Both the position numbers and the translations under genes were made by a program. Below the pieces are notes generated by a model. That model had not been told where the DNA came from and searched no databases. It saw only the letters and a list, made by a program, of their open reading frames with translations. From assembly GCA_947624275.1 (NCBI GenBank), contig CANQJR010000001.1:1064-65063 (forward strand): a stretch of 64,000 nucleotides of DNA, written 5' to 3'. This document shows, in pieces, positions 38,687 through 48,994 of the stretch (within the stretch, counting starts at the first letter, position 1; every line of letters starts with the position of its first letter). This DNA comes from an uncultured Bacilli bacterium. Lineage in GTDB: Bacteria; Bacillota_I; Bacilli_A; RF39; UBA660.

Positions 38687-39508
38687 GTGAAAAGAGCTGA
38701 TTTGCACAATCACACTTATTATTCAGATGGTGAGTATTCCTTGGCGGAAGTTGTTAAAAAGGCCAAAGAAAAGGGTTTGACGATGATTGGCATCACTGAT
38801 CATGATAATGTCGAAAGTTATAATGATTATCAAAAAATGAGAGATAAAATTGATATAGATGTTTTAATTGGAGTTGAATTGTCATCCAATCATCGGGGTC
38901 ATCGAGTTCACATCATCGGCTTTTTTTATCACAATAATCCCTTAAGTAAAGAATTGTTAGATTATTTGGAACAACTTCGCATTAAAAGAATCAATCGAGC
39001 TAAAGAGATGATTGCCAATTTAGATAGATATTACAATATTAAAATTGACTATGAAGAATTGGTTAAAAAAACGAAGTCAATCATCGCTCGACCTCATATG
39101 GCAAGATATATTGCTGAAAAATATCATATGAGTGAAGAAGAGGCTTTTTCTAGATATTTAACTAGTGATGGCAAAGCTTATGTTCCCTCATCCAATATTG
39201 CAACTGAAGACGCTATTGAATTGCTGCATCGCAATAATGCGATCGCGATTTGGGCCCATCCAGTCTTAAATAGAGGTGAGTTTCCCGAAAAGGAAATAAT
39301 TGATATGGGAATTGATGGCATCGAAGGATTTTATCCCAATAACACCAAGATGGATACTATGCATTATCGCCATTTGGCTAATACGTATAATTTACTCTTT
39401 ACAGCGGGGAGCGACTATCATGATGAACATTCCCACAGCGCTATTGGAACGTGTTATCTCAAGGATAGAGATATTGATAAACTGTTGAAAAAATTAAAAC
39501 AAAAATAA
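38687..39508 (+). CDS. PHP-domain metal-dependent phosphoesterase (TrpH/YciV-like)
   Basis: ADLHNHTYYSDGEYS...GITDHDN PHP motifs; GTG 38687 after GGTGA. The ORF track begins at TTG 38681. Confidence 0.8.
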   Translation: MKRADLHNHTYYSDGEYSLAEVVKKAKEKGLTMIGITDHDNVESYNDYQKMRDKIDIDVLIGVELSSNHRGHRVHIIGFFYHNNPLSKELLDYLEQLRIKRINRAKEMIANLDRYYNIKIDYEELVKKTKSIIARPHMARYIAEKYHMSEEEAFSRYLTSDGKAYVPSSNIATEDAIELLHRNNAIAIWAHPVLNRGEFPEKEIIDMGIDGIEGFYPNNTKMDTMHYRHLANTYNLLFTAGSDYHDEHSHSAIGTCYLKDRDIDKLLKKLKQK

Positions 39509-39510
39509 AA

Positions 39511-39536
39511 AAAGTTACATCAAAGTAACTTTTTCT
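39511..39536. terminator. Bidirectional terminator between the PHP gene (+) and the surface-protein gene (-)
   Basis: AAAGTTAC-atcaaa-GTAACTTT stem with T/A runs on both sides. Confidence 0.65.
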
Positions 39537-39539
39537 TCA

Positions 39540-40478
39540 TTATATAAATTTCTTTTTCTTACTTGCTATGATTAGGACAATAGCACCTATAGCAACGATA
39601 CCACTAACTATGTATGGAGTAGAGATACCAGTATGTGGATTATCTGGTTTTTCACAATATTTTTTATAATACTCTTCAAATGCTTCTTTATCTTTTAATG
39701 GTTCTCCATCTTTTCCATAATATTTACCATCTTGTTCTCTACATTTTGGATTACACATTTTGTAGTAGTTCTCTTTGCTGACACTCTTACCATTTTGGTC
39801 GTAATAAGTAGATCCTTCTACACGGCAACCACATACTTTTTTATAATTGGCTTCATCAGTTTTAACACCTGATAGGTCATAATAATTGTTACCTTCTTTG
39901 GTACATTTACATTGACCAGCATCCTTAGTAGGTTCTACTTCATAAACTCTAGCTGTTTGATATTCCCAGTCTGTCCTAGAGTTTCCTTTACCTGAAGCAA
40001 AGACATCAACAACTAAGATATAATATTGTTTGTCACAAGACTCTTCAAGTTTTACTGTTTTTGTCATAGGTTGATCTGGGCACCAATATAAACTGTCTCT
40101 TACATCTTGTTGAAATTGATTGATATCACTATCTTCAACTTTTTGACTTGCCTGTCTTTTAGCGTCGATCTTATCTTGTTCAGCTTTTAATTTGTCATAT
40201 ACTTCTTTACTTATTTTAGTCAATTGCGCATTGATTTCATAATCTCCCTCATTGACAGTGTAGTTCCAGTTCTCATCATCATAAACCGCATGAACTTCAT
40301 CATAAGGTGTTATCGTAACTTTGATATCACCATTTGTCAACGTTTCTGACAATTTGAAATGATGACGTTTGTCGAAGATGAATTGTGAATGTGAATATGC
40401 ATCAGTGTGTCTATATCCTACAAAGAAACAAGTCATGGCAATGACTAACATGCTAAGTAGTTTAAATCCTTTTTTCAT
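39540..40478 (-). CDS. Cys-rich secreted surface protein with a C-terminal sortase-B-type sorting signal (NPHTG + TM + KKKKFI)
   Basis: Signal peptide; repeated YYD-x-(N/S)GK and CxC segments; C-terminus ...NPHTGISTPYIVSGIVAIGAIVLIIASKKKKFI; RBS GGAGTGA. Confidence 0.7.
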   Translation of the reverse strand: MKKGFKLLSMLVIAMTCFFVGYRHTDAYSHSQFIFDKRHHFKLSETLTNGDIKVTITPYDEVHAVYDDENWNYTVNEGDYEINAQLTKISKEVYDKLKAEQDKIDAKRQASQKVEDSDINQFQQDVRDSLYWCPDQPMTKTVKLEESCDKQYYILVVDVFASGKGNSRTDWEYQTARVYEVEPTKDAGQCKCTKEGNNYYDLSGVKTDEANYKKVCGCRVEGSTYYDQNGKSVSKENYYKMCNPKCREQDGKYYGKDGEPLKDKEAFEEYYKKYCEKPDNPHTGISTPYIVSGIVAIGAIVLIIASKKKKFI

Positions 40479-40670
40479 ATTTTTATCACTCCTTACTATA
40501 CTAAAATATTAACATAATTATTTGTCGCTTTCAATGATATTAGTGTAAATAATTGTGTATTTATTAAAATTATGTGTAAAAACTTTACATTTATACGTCA
40601 GACAAAACATTGTTATTGTTAATAAAAGGCAATTGTGTTAATATATTAATAGGATAGAGGAGATGATAAA

Positions 40671-42320
40671 ATGCATAAAATATTGATCGTTGTCAAAGAT
40701 AAAACTTTATCATTTTCACTCTATACTTCACGTGACAAAGTAGAGAATTTGAACGATACTAATGTTGTCAATACTGAAAGAATGATTTTTAGTGATACGT
40801 ATATAAAAAATAATTTAGATATAGTTAAATCTTTTTTTAACCTCATCGCTTTAAAAAAGGGAATTGATACCATAGACGTTTCTCTAAATGCGATCTTTCC
40901 CATTGCTTTTAAAATTACCGAAGATATAAGTTCCATTAAAAATGTTAATTTTTTGGAAAACAAAGTCATCAGTTATGTCGTTTTTGAATGTCTATTAATG
41001 AGTAAAAATATTGTCAATATCAATTGTTATGCCATTCCTAACTTTATGTTTGACAAATTGGATATCGATAAAAATATGAAAATTACATCGCGATGTGAAG
41101 TCTTGTTTTTGAGTAAATTCATGGAAAAAAATAATTTCCACAGTTATTCAGATGTATATTATAAGAAAAGTATTGATATAGATTGTGAATTGGACAAATT
41201 GGATCAAGAGGACATTCTCTATTTTTTCAAGTTCAATAATAATTTGAAGGTCATCAATCTCTACCATGTCAATTCTAAAACGATCGACTTCATATTGGAG
41301 ACGATTAAGGCCAATAATAAGAAGAATATTAAAATTGTTCTAAATCAAGAGAAGACTGAAAGAGATATCATCAAAATTTATGATGATATGGTTGACAAAT
41401 ACAGGAAATTGGCCAAGGACAACAATATAAAATTCAAAATAAATTATACTAAAGAGTATCGTGACAAAAATACTTTAAAACAAGTCAATTTAAATTTTTT
41501 ACGTCTCATACTATTCGTTTTTGTCTTGTTGGCCATATTCATAAGTGTTGTTTTTTATATCAAGTATCGATATGATACAGAAGATATAAATGATGAGATG
41601 GAAACTATTAATGATAGAATTGATCTCAATGCGATTGATAAGTTTTTAAATGAAGAAGAAAACTTAAATGATGATTCTGATGAGACGTCAACTGATGATG
41701 AGAGTGGTGAAAAAGATAAAAATCCTGATACCGATTCTCGTCCTGATCCTTATTATTACAATTTTAAACAAGTATTTTCTGAACTGTTAAAAATAAATGA
41801 TGAAACTGTAGGATGGCTCAAAATAAAAAATACTAATATCAATTATCCCGTGGTTAAACACAGCAATAATTCATATTATTTAGACCACAGTTACTATAAA
41901 CAAAAGAATGGCCATGGTTGGATATTTATGGATTACCGCAACAACAGTGAAGTGTTGGACAAAAATACAATCATTTATGGTCATCGCAACAATTATAATG
42001 TCATGTTTGCACAACTCAAAAATGTCTTGGATAAGAGTTGGTATACTAAAGAGAGCAATTTGACGATCACTTTTAATACTGTTAAACAAAATCTAAAATG
42101 GAAGATATTTTCTATTTATACTTTAAAAAACACTGATGACTATTTAAATGTTTACTTTAATAATGATATAGCTTATAGCAATTTCTTGAATAAAATAAAA
42201 AAGCGCAGCATTCATGACTTCGATGTCGAAGTGAGTACTGATGACAACATTTTAACTCTATCAACCTGTTACAACAATTCAGAATACCGTTTGGTAGTCC
42301 ATGCGAAATTGATAAAATAA
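40671..42320 (+). CDS. srtB: Atypical class B sortase: about 270-aa N-terminal cytoplasmic domain of unknown function + TM + acidic linker + SrtB catalytic domain
   Basis: C-terminal 200 aa carry SrtB motifs (VGWLKIKNTNINYPVV, IIYGHRN, LTLSTC, RLVVHAKL); TM LILFVFVLLAIFISVVFYI mid-protein; RBS GAGGAG. Confidence 0.75.
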   Translation: MHKILIVVKDKTLSFSLYTSRDKVENLNDTNVVNTERMIFSDTYIKNNLDIVKSFFNLIALKKGIDTIDVSLNAIFPIAFKITEDISSIKNVNFLENKVISYVVFECLLMSKNIVNINCYAIPNFMFDKLDIDKNMKITSRCEVLFLSKFMEKNNFHSYSDVYYKKSIDIDCELDKLDQEDILYFFKFNNNLKVINLYHVNSKTIDFILETIKANNKKNIKIVLNQEKTERDIIKIYDDMVDKYRKLAKDNNIKFKINYTKEYRDKNTLKQVNLNFLRLILFVFVLLAIFISVVFYIKYRYDTEDINDEMETINDRIDLNAIDKFLNEEENLNDDSDETSTDDESGEKDKNPDTDSRPDPYYYNFKQVFSELLKINDETVGWLKIKNTNINYPVVKHSNNSYYLDHSYYKQKNGHGWIFMDYRNNSEVLDKNTIIYGHRNNYNVMFAQLKNVLDKSWYTKESNLTITFNTVKQNLKWKIFSIYTLKNTDDYLNVYFNNDIAYSNFLNKIKKRSIHDFDVEVSTDDNILTLSTCYNNSEYRLVVHAKLIK

Positions 42321-42346
42321 AAGAGAGATGTCGACCATTTCTCTTT

Positions 42347-43372
42347 TTATGTGTTAATTATTTCACACGTTATAAACAATTTGTGCAAGTTTTTATATAT
42401 GTTGTACATGTTGTTGTACTCTTTCTTTTTCTTCCTTTTATAAGGAACGTATTTTTCTAATATTTCATCAATAGAAAAATTTTTGATGAAGATGGTATAT
42501 CTGCCATCTGGTTTGAAAATGAATATTTTTTTATTAGTCAATATCTTATCCAAAGTACTAATTTTTTCCATCAATGGTGGAGTGATGATGAGGCGACTCT
42601 TTATTTCGTCATTGCTATAGACATCATATTTGTTAGAAAATTCACTGCTTTCGAGATTGATCTTTTGATCGTCAATCAAATAATATTTTTTAGGGATCTT
42701 CCAATCTTTAGGTATGACTTTGATATTGATGTCATTGTCTTTTTTCATATCTGATCCAATATAACAACCTGTAAATATGTCTTTTCTCTTTTTGATGTGA
42801 TAGGTGCGTAAAAATTTGCGATTGCCAACATAAAAATACTCTTGTTTTTTCGACTCATCTATGTAGAAGAGTTCGATATCGGATAGGACTATGTCATTCT
42901 TGCCGATTTGCACTTTGATGTAATTTGATCCATTATATTCCAATTCGTTAATGTTGAAAAGTTCTGTTTTGACGAATGAAGATTTGCTGACGCGGTTAAA
43001 GGGCAATACTTTCGCATCGCCATCTTTAGAGGCATAAATGATCAAATCATCCAAGATTTGGCGCTTTACTTTTTTCAATAATTCTTTATTGGAATGGCGA
43101 TATGATGCATAAAAATAGATAATCACTCCTAAATTGTAGGTCAATGTCACGACGATGAAGAAAAATAAATAATTGATCTCATAAAAAAATATCCAACAAA
43201 TGATAGTGGGAATAAAGGCTAATATGCCAATGACGATGAAAAACAATAAAAGATTTCTAGTTTTTTCATCATCCATTTCCTGATAGTATTCATCTAAAAT
43301 ATCGCTGTATAATTCATCATAAAAACTTTTAAAATCTTTCTTTTCAAACATGTTATCACTTCGCAATTTCAA
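42347..43372 (-). CDS. Hypothetical two-TM membrane protein (possibly DUF3137-like)
   Basis: Two adjacent TM helices after about 40 aa, long cytoplasmic C-domain. Start uncertain (M at 43372, or MFEKK at 43351). Confidence 0.4.
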   Translation of the reverse strand: MKLRSDNMFEKKDFKSFYDELYSDILDEYYQEMDDEKTRNLLLFFIVIGILAFIPTIICWIFFYEINYLFFFIVVTLTYNLGVIIYFYASYRHSNKELLKKVKRQILDDLIIYASKDGDAKVLPFNRVSKSSFVKTELFNINELEYNGSNYIKVQIGKNDIVLSDIELFYIDESKKQEYFYVGNRKFLRTYHIKKRKDIFTGCYIGSDMKKDNDINIKVIPKDWKIPKKYYLIDDQKINLESSEFSNKYDVYSNDEIKSRLIITPPLMEKISTLDKILTNKKIFIFKPDGRYTIFIKNFSIDEILEKYVPYKRKKKKEYNNMYNIYKNLHKLFITCEIINT

Positions 43373-43441
43373 GGTTATTATATCATCATATCTGTTGAAA
43401 AAATAGTATTAATGTATTATAATTTTTTTAGGTGGTTAAAG

Positions 43442-44185
43442 ATGGAAAAAGGTTTTAAAGTAGATGGTGTAAAGATTGTTTTAAGTGTTGTAGCGATGCT
43501 CATCCTCTTGTGCGTCGTCATCTTAAAATATGATGATATCATCAAAAAGTCAACCGATGTAGAAGAAAAAATGGATGCCTTACAGTTCAAAGAAGACTAT
43601 GAAAAATTGAATGGTGAAGTAAATCCTAATAATGATAAAAATTATCCCAAGGTGGAGATAGATGAAAACAATCCTGTCAAATATAGTACAGCTGATGAAA
43701 TAGTTGAAGTTTTAGAAAAGGGGACAGGAATTATTTATTTGGGTTATCCTAAGTGTCCTTGGTGCCGCAATGCTGTTCCAGTGTTGTTACAAGCAGCTAG
43801 TGATGCTGAAGTGGACAATATATATTATATTGATATGTATGACGAAAGAGATAGTTATACAGTCAAAGAAGATGGCACTTTAGTGAAGAGTAAAAATGGT
43901 ACGGAAGGATATCAAAAATTGCTCAAAGCATTAGATGGCATTTTGGATGAATATTACGTGACGGATCTTGATGGTCAAGAAATAGATACGAATGAAAAAA
44001 GAATCTATGTACCGCTCGTCGTCTTTGTCAAAGATGGTGAAATAATCGGTAGTCATGCTGATACTGTCGAATCGCAAAAAGATCCCTATGTCCTCTTGAA
44101 TGATGAGCAAAGAGAAGAACTATATGAGATATATGATAAGTACATTCATGAAATGTTGAATGATTTATGTGACGAAAGATGTTAG
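43442..44185 (+). CDS. Membrane-anchored thioredoxin-fold protein with CPWC motif (bacteriocin-transport-accessory / thiol-disulfide oxidoreductase-like)
   Basis: N-terminal TM then IIYLGYPKCPWCRNAVPVL thioredoxin-like active site; RBS GGTGG. Confidence 0.55.
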   Translation: MEKGFKVDGVKIVLSVVAMLILLCVVILKYDDIIKKSTDVEEKMDALQFKEDYEKLNGEVNPNNDKNYPKVEIDENNPVKYSTADEIVEVLEKGTGIIYLGYPKCPWCRNAVPVLLQAASDAEVDNIYYIDMYDERDSYTVKEDGTLVKSKNGTEGYQKLLKALDGILDEYYVTDLDGQEIDTNEKRIYVPLVVFVKDGEIIGSHADTVESQKDPYVLLNDEQREELYEIYDKYIHEMLNDLCDERC

Positions 44186-44258
44186 ACATCTTTTTGTTTG
44201 ACATAATTTTTAGTAATTGGTATATTTAATTAATAAAATGTTGACGAGGAGAATTTTT

Positions 44259-44891
44259 ATGAAAAAGTTGGATAAAAATAATATGTCAGTTAAAATAATC
44301 GTTTTATCTTTGATATTTATCTTTCCACTTGGAGTGTACTTTTTAGTAAAACGTGCTGAAAATCGTTTACACAATCTTTGTAAAGATGCTAAATATTTGA
44401 TATTTTGTGGATATTTAGTTCTCTTTTCAGTAATTATTTATTTTTTGTGCAATTACAGTTTTTACATTTCTCTAGCAGATAGTCATATGTCTTTCGATAT
44501 GTACAATTTTAACTTCATATATATATACATATACCTAATCATGGTCACAATCAGTTGTCTAGTCGGTGGTTATCACTTGTATAACAAATGTCGTAGATTG
44601 GTCATATATACAGAATTTATCAATATTCGTCATATTAAAGATATCAATATGATTGTCGATGAAACTGAAGAAAGTGTTGATACGGTAAAGAAAAATATTG
44701 TTCAGCTCATCGAAAAAAAACATTTATTAAATGTGAAATTAGTAGGGGAGAACATCGTGACTACTAAGAAGAATAATGGTGATGAAATATTGGTGCGCTG
44801 TAAGAAATGTGGCAATATTGAAGCTTTGATCAAAGATACTGAATGTTGTGATTTCTGTTATAACAAACTTAGTAGACGTGATAAGATTTAG
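44259..44891 (+). CDS. Hypothetical membrane protein with a C-terminal CxxC...CxxC zinc ribbon
   Basis: 3-4 TM helices then RCKKCGNIEALIKDTECCDFC; RBS GAGGAG. Confidence 0.45.
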   Translation: MKKLDKNNMSVKIIVLSLIFIFPLGVYFLVKRAENRLHNLCKDAKYLIFCGYLVLFSVIIYFLCNYSFYISLADSHMSFDMYNFNFIYIYIYLIMVTISCLVGGYHLYNKCRRLVIYTEFINIRHIKDINMIVDETEESVDTVKKNIVQLIEKKHLLNVKLVGENIVTTKKNNGDEILVRCKKCGNIEALIKDTECCDFCYNKLSRRDKI

Positions 44892-44901
44892 CGTTAAAGT
44901 T

Positions 44902-44928
44902 GAGAGAGTTAGAACTCTCTTTTTTTTA
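44902..44928 (+). terminator. Rho-independent terminator
   Basis: AGAGAGTT-ag-AACTCTCT stem followed by TTTTTTTT. Confidence 0.7.
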
Positions 44929-44965
44929 TTGCATATTTTATAGTAGCAGTTCATAGAGGTGAAAA

Positions 44966-45202
44966 ATGAAAAATTTATCATTAAAAGATATTTATATAGA
45001 CGAAGATGCCTATGTCTTAAAAATTGCTACAAATAGTGATATCAAACGTCGTCTGTTGGATATTGGACTTAGTAAAAATACCTTGGTTACACCACTTTTT
45101 GATAGTGTCAGTGGAGGTATAAGGGCTTATAAAATTAGAAATTCTTTGATTGCCATTCGCGATGATGACGCTGAAAAGATAATCGTGAGGCGAGGACTAT
45201 GA
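44966..45202 (+). CDS. feoA: Ferrous iron transport protein A
   Basis: 78-aa SH3-like FeoA immediately upstream of, and overlapping, feoB. Confidence 0.8.
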   Translation: MKNLSLKDIYIDEDAYVLKIATNSDIKRRLLDIGLSKNTLVTPLFDSVSGGIRAYKIRNSLIAIRDDDAEKIIVRRGL

Positions 45203-47271
45203 GAAAGATAAAAATAGGTTTAGCTGGCAATCCTAACGTCGGTAAAAGTACCATTTTTAATTCTTTGACTCATTCTAATCAACACACTGGTAATTGGGCG
45301 GGGAAGACAGTGGACAATAAAGTGGGAATCATGAAAAATGATCATGATCATTTCTATATTTATGATTTGCCAGGTACTTATTCTCTATTGCCACATTCTG
45401 AAGAAGAACGAATAGCTAGAGATTTTTTAGTCTTTGAACAATATGATTTAACCATTGTCGTCTGTGATGCCTCATCTTTGCTCAGAAATTTGAATTTGGT
45501 TTTACAGTTAAAAGAAATAAATCGCGATTTGATGGTGTGTCTCAACTTGATTGATGAAGCTGAGAAAAAAAATATTGTCGTTGACGTCAAACGTTTAGAA
45601 GAGTTGTTAGATGTACCAGTTGTAACTTGTTGTGCCCATTCCCATCGGTCAATCATGGCTTTGAAGAGAGCGATATGTGATCAGGTGATGCATGCCGATA
45701 AAAAGCAACATGAAAAAAAAGTCACAATCAGTTATCCTCCCTTCTTAGAAACAGCTATCGCAAAGATTGAAGATTGTTTAGAACGATTCAATCTTGACAT
45801 CGACAAGCGTTGGTTAGCTTTGAACATTCTGAGAGAAGATGCATTGATAATTGACCAAGTAAACGACATTTTAAAGACCGATATCATGACTGATGAATTG
45901 CAAAGAGTTCTCAGTGATATTAAAATGGAATTATTAAAAGAAGATGTCTTGATATCAGAAATAGATGATTTGATCGTCAATTCTATCAATGATATGGCTA
46001 ATCACATTTATGAAGAGTGTGTCCACGTTGGCAAACACAGTTTAAAAGAGCGCTATCTCGATAAAATTTTGACGAGTAAAATATGGGGAATTCCCATTAT
46101 GCTTCTCTTTTTAGCAATCATTTTTTTGATAACTATTAAAATTAGTAATTATCCATCGGAATGGTTGTTCTCACTATTTTCTCATCTGGAAATCATTTTA
46201 AAAGAGTGCTTAGTAGATCTAAAAATACCAAGTATTATAATCGATATGTTGATTAATGGTGTCTATAAAGTCACCACTTGGGTAATAAGTGTCATGTTGC
46301 CACCAATGATGATCTTTTTTCCGCTTTTTACACTTTTAGAAGACTTCGGCTATTTGCCCAGAATCGCTTTCAATTTAGATGGAATATTCCATAGATGTTC
46401 ATCGTGTGGCAAACAGGCATTGACGATGTCGATGGGATTCGGTTGTAATTGTGTCGGCATCACTGGAGCCCGAATCATCGATTCTAAGAGGGAGCGCTTA
46501 ATTGCCATTTTAACTAATTCTTTCATTCCTTGCAATGGCAAGTTTCCAACTATTATCGCCATCATCACGATGTTCTTCGTCGGACTGAACAACAATTTCA
46601 AAAGTTTATTGTTGTCAACGGGTATTCTTTTATTAATTGTCTTATTGGGAATTTTGATGACCTTTTTAGTGTCTAAAATATTATCAAAAACGCTTTTGGC
46701 CGGTTATCCTTCTTCTTTCGTCTTGGAGTTGACACCTTTTCGAAGACCACGCATTGTCAAAACGATTATCACCTCAGTTTTTGATCGAACCCTATTCGTA
46801 CTATTTCGGGCTATCACCGTAGCTATTCCAGCTGGGTTCTTCATTTGGATTTTGGCCAATGTCAATGTCGGTGATATGAGTCTCCTCAATCATCTAGTCA
46901 ATTTCTTCGAACCATTTGGGCATTGGTTCGGTGTCGATGGCGTCATCATCGTTTCCTTTTTGTTAGGGTTCCCCGCTAATGAAATCATTATGCCCATCAT
47001 GTTGATGTGTTACTTAAATAGTGGAACCCTCGTCGACTACAACAGTCTATTAGAATTAAAGACGCTATTAATAGATAATGGTTGGACGATTTTGACGGCC
47101 ATATCAGTAGTCATTCTCTTCGTTCTCCATTATCCTTGTTCAACGGCCTGCCTGACGATAAAAAAAGAGACGGACTCTTGGTATTACACTTTGCTTGCCT
47201 GCATCATACCGACTTGTTTGGGCTTGTTGATCTGCCTAGTATTAAATCTTCTGTTCGGTAGTATGTTTTAA
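45199..47271 (+). CDS. feoB: Ferrous iron transport protein B
   Basis: N-terminal G-domain GNPNVGKSTIFNSLT, polytopic membrane domain. Confidence 0.9.
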   Translation: MRKIKIGLAGNPNVGKSTIFNSLTHSNQHTGNWAGKTVDNKVGIMKNDHDHFYIYDLPGTYSLLPHSEEERIARDFLVFEQYDLTIVVCDASSLLRNLNLVLQLKEINRDLMVCLNLIDEAEKKNIVVDVKRLEELLDVPVVTCCAHSHRSIMALKRAICDQVMHADKKQHEKKVTISYPPFLETAIAKIEDCLERFNLDIDKRWLALNILREDALIIDQVNDILKTDIMTDELQRVLSDIKMELLKEDVLISEIDDLIVNSINDMANHIYEECVHVGKHSLKERYLDKILTSKIWGIPIMLLFLAIIFLITIKISNYPSEWLFSLFSHLEIILKECLVDLKIPSIIIDMLINGVYKVTTWVISVMLPPMMIFFPLFTLLEDFGYLPRIAFNLDGIFHRCSSCGKQALTMSMGFGCNCVGITGARIIDSKRERLIAILTNSFIPCNGKFPTIIAIITMFFVGLNNNFKSLLLSTGILLLIVLLGILMTFLVSKILSKTLLAGYPSSFVLELTPFRRPRIVKTIITSVFDRTLFVLFRAITVAIPAGFFIWILANVNVGDMSLLNHLVNFFEPFGHWFGVDGVIIVSFLLGFPANEIIMPIMLMCYLNSGTLVDYNSLLELKTLLIDNGWTILTAISVVILFVLHYPCSTACLTIKKETDSWYYTLLACIIPTCLGLLICLVLNLLFGSMF

Positions 47272-47277
47272 ATGGAA

Positions 47278-47307
47278 AGTCACTAGATAACGTAGTGACT
47301 TTTTTTA
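47278..47307 (+). terminator. Rho-independent terminator after feoB
   Basis: AAGTCACT-9-nt loop-AGTGACTT stem followed by TTTTTTT. Confidence 0.7.
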
Positions 47308-47348
47308 AATTATATAGTAAAATTATAAACAGTTTTGAGGTGAAGAAA

Positions 47349-48944
47349 ATGATTCAAGTTCATGACGTTACTCTAAAATTTGGAAAACGCACTTTATTTG
47401 AGGATGTCAACATCAAGTTTACTTCTGGAAATTGTTATGGCCTAATCGGCGCAAATGGTAGTGGTAAAAGTACTTTTTTAAAACTGTTATCCGGTGAGTT
47501 AGAAACTACTCATGGCGAAATTATAATCGATAAAAATGAACGCATTGCCGTCTTGAAGCAAAACCATTATGAGTATGATGACAATCGCGTCATTGACACC
47601 GTCATCATGGGGAATGCCCATCTTTATCAAATTATGAAAGAAAAAGAAGAACTCTATTCCCATACGGAATTTTCCGATGAAGATGGAATTCGCTTAGGTG
47701 AGTTAGAGGCTGAGTTTGTGGAGATGAACGGTTGGGAAGCCGAGAGTGAAGCCAGTGAACTTTTGAACAATTTGGGAGTAGAAGTGGATTTGCACTATTC
47801 ATTGATGAAAGATATTCCCAACAACAAAAAAGTTAAAGTTCTATTAGCTCAGGCTCTCTTTGGGAATCCTGATATTTTACTCCTCGATGAACCGACTAAT
47901 AATTTGGATATTGAGGCCATTACTTGGTTAGAAGAGTTTTTGATCAATTTTAATAATACGGTCATCGTCGTCTCTCATGATCGCCATTTTTTGAATAAGG
48001 TTTGCACCCATATCGTCGATATTGATTATTGTAAAATGAAATTATACATTGGAAATTATGACTTTTGGTATGAGTCTAGTGAACTAGCTCTAAAACAGAT
48101 GAAGGAACAAAATAAGAAGAAAGAAGATAAAATTAAAGAGCTTCAAGCCTTCATTGCTCGTTTTGCTGCCAACGCCTCTAAGAGTAGGCAAGCTACTTCG
48201 CGCAAAAAGATGTTAGAAAAAATTGAACTCGATGAAATAGTTCCTTCTTCTAGAAAATATCCTTATATCGATTTTAAACCATCCAGAGAGTCGGGAAAAG
48301 AAATTTTGACTGTGAAAAATATTTCTAAGACGATCGATGGTCAGAAAGTTTTGAACAACGTCAGTTTCACTATGCAAAAGGGTGACAAGATTGCCTTTGT
48401 TGGGACTAATAACATTGCGAAGACGACGCTGTTTAAAATATTAGTCGGCGAAGAAAACGCTGATAGTGGAATGGTGGAATGGGGTAAGACCATCATCAGT
48501 TCCTATCTTCCTCAAGATAATAACAATTATTTTAGCGGCGATGAATCCATTTTGGAATGGATTGGCCATTTTTGCCATGTCGATGATGAGACCGTTTTGC
48601 GCGGTTTCTTGGGACGCATGTTGTTCTCTGGTGAAGAAGTATTTAAAAAAGTCAATGTTTTGAGTGGTGGTGAGAAGATGCGCTGCATGTTGTCCGAAAT
48701 CATGTTGGAGGCCAGCAATTTGATCATTCTCGATGAACCGACTAACCATTTGGATTTGGAGAGCATAACTTCTTTGAATAATGGTCTCATCAAGTTTAAT
48801 GGTGAGTTGTTGTTTTCATCTCATGATCACCAATTCGTGCAGACAGTAGCTAATCGCATCATCGAATTGACTGATGACGGTTTGATTGATCGCATGACTG
48901 ACTATGACACTTATTTAGAAGAAAAAGAAAAAAGAGTAGACTAA
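47349..48944 (+). CDS. ABC-F family ATPase (tandem ABC domains, no TM; translation-factor-like)
   Basis: Two Walker A sites (GANGSGKST; GTNNIAKTT), two LSGGE signatures, inter-domain linker; RBS GAGGTGA. Confidence 0.8.
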   Translation: MIQVHDVTLKFGKRTLFEDVNIKFTSGNCYGLIGANGSGKSTFLKLLSGELETTHGEIIIDKNERIAVLKQNHYEYDDNRVIDTVIMGNAHLYQIMKEKEELYSHTEFSDEDGIRLGELEAEFVEMNGWEAESEASELLNNLGVEVDLHYSLMKDIPNNKKVKVLLAQALFGNPDILLLDEPTNNLDIEAITWLEEFLINFNNTVIVVSHDRHFLNKVCTHIVDIDYCKMKLYIGNYDFWYESSELALKQMKEQNKKKEDKIKELQAFIARFAANASKSRQATSRKKMLEKIELDEIVPSSRKYPYIDFKPSRESGKEILTVKNISKTIDGQKVLNNVSFTMQKGDKIAFVGTNNIAKTTLFKILVGEENADSGMVEWGKTIISSYLPQDNNNYFSGDESILEWIGHFCHVDDETVLRGFLGRMLFSGEEVFKKVNVLSGGEKMRCMLSEIMLEASNLIILDEPTNHLDLESITSLNNGLIKFNGELLFSSHDHQFVQTVANRIIELTDDGLIDRMTDYDTYLEEKEKRVD

Positions 48945-48994
48945 TAATATTTATTAAAACATTTGCTTTTCATAATATATTTTAGGAGGTGTTT

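Noticed and set aside
44966-47271. An iron-regulated isd-like heme locus linking srtB to feoAB
   Set aside because: No NEAT-domain proteins, heme ABC transporter or Fur box were recognised. The proximity to feoAB may be coincidental.
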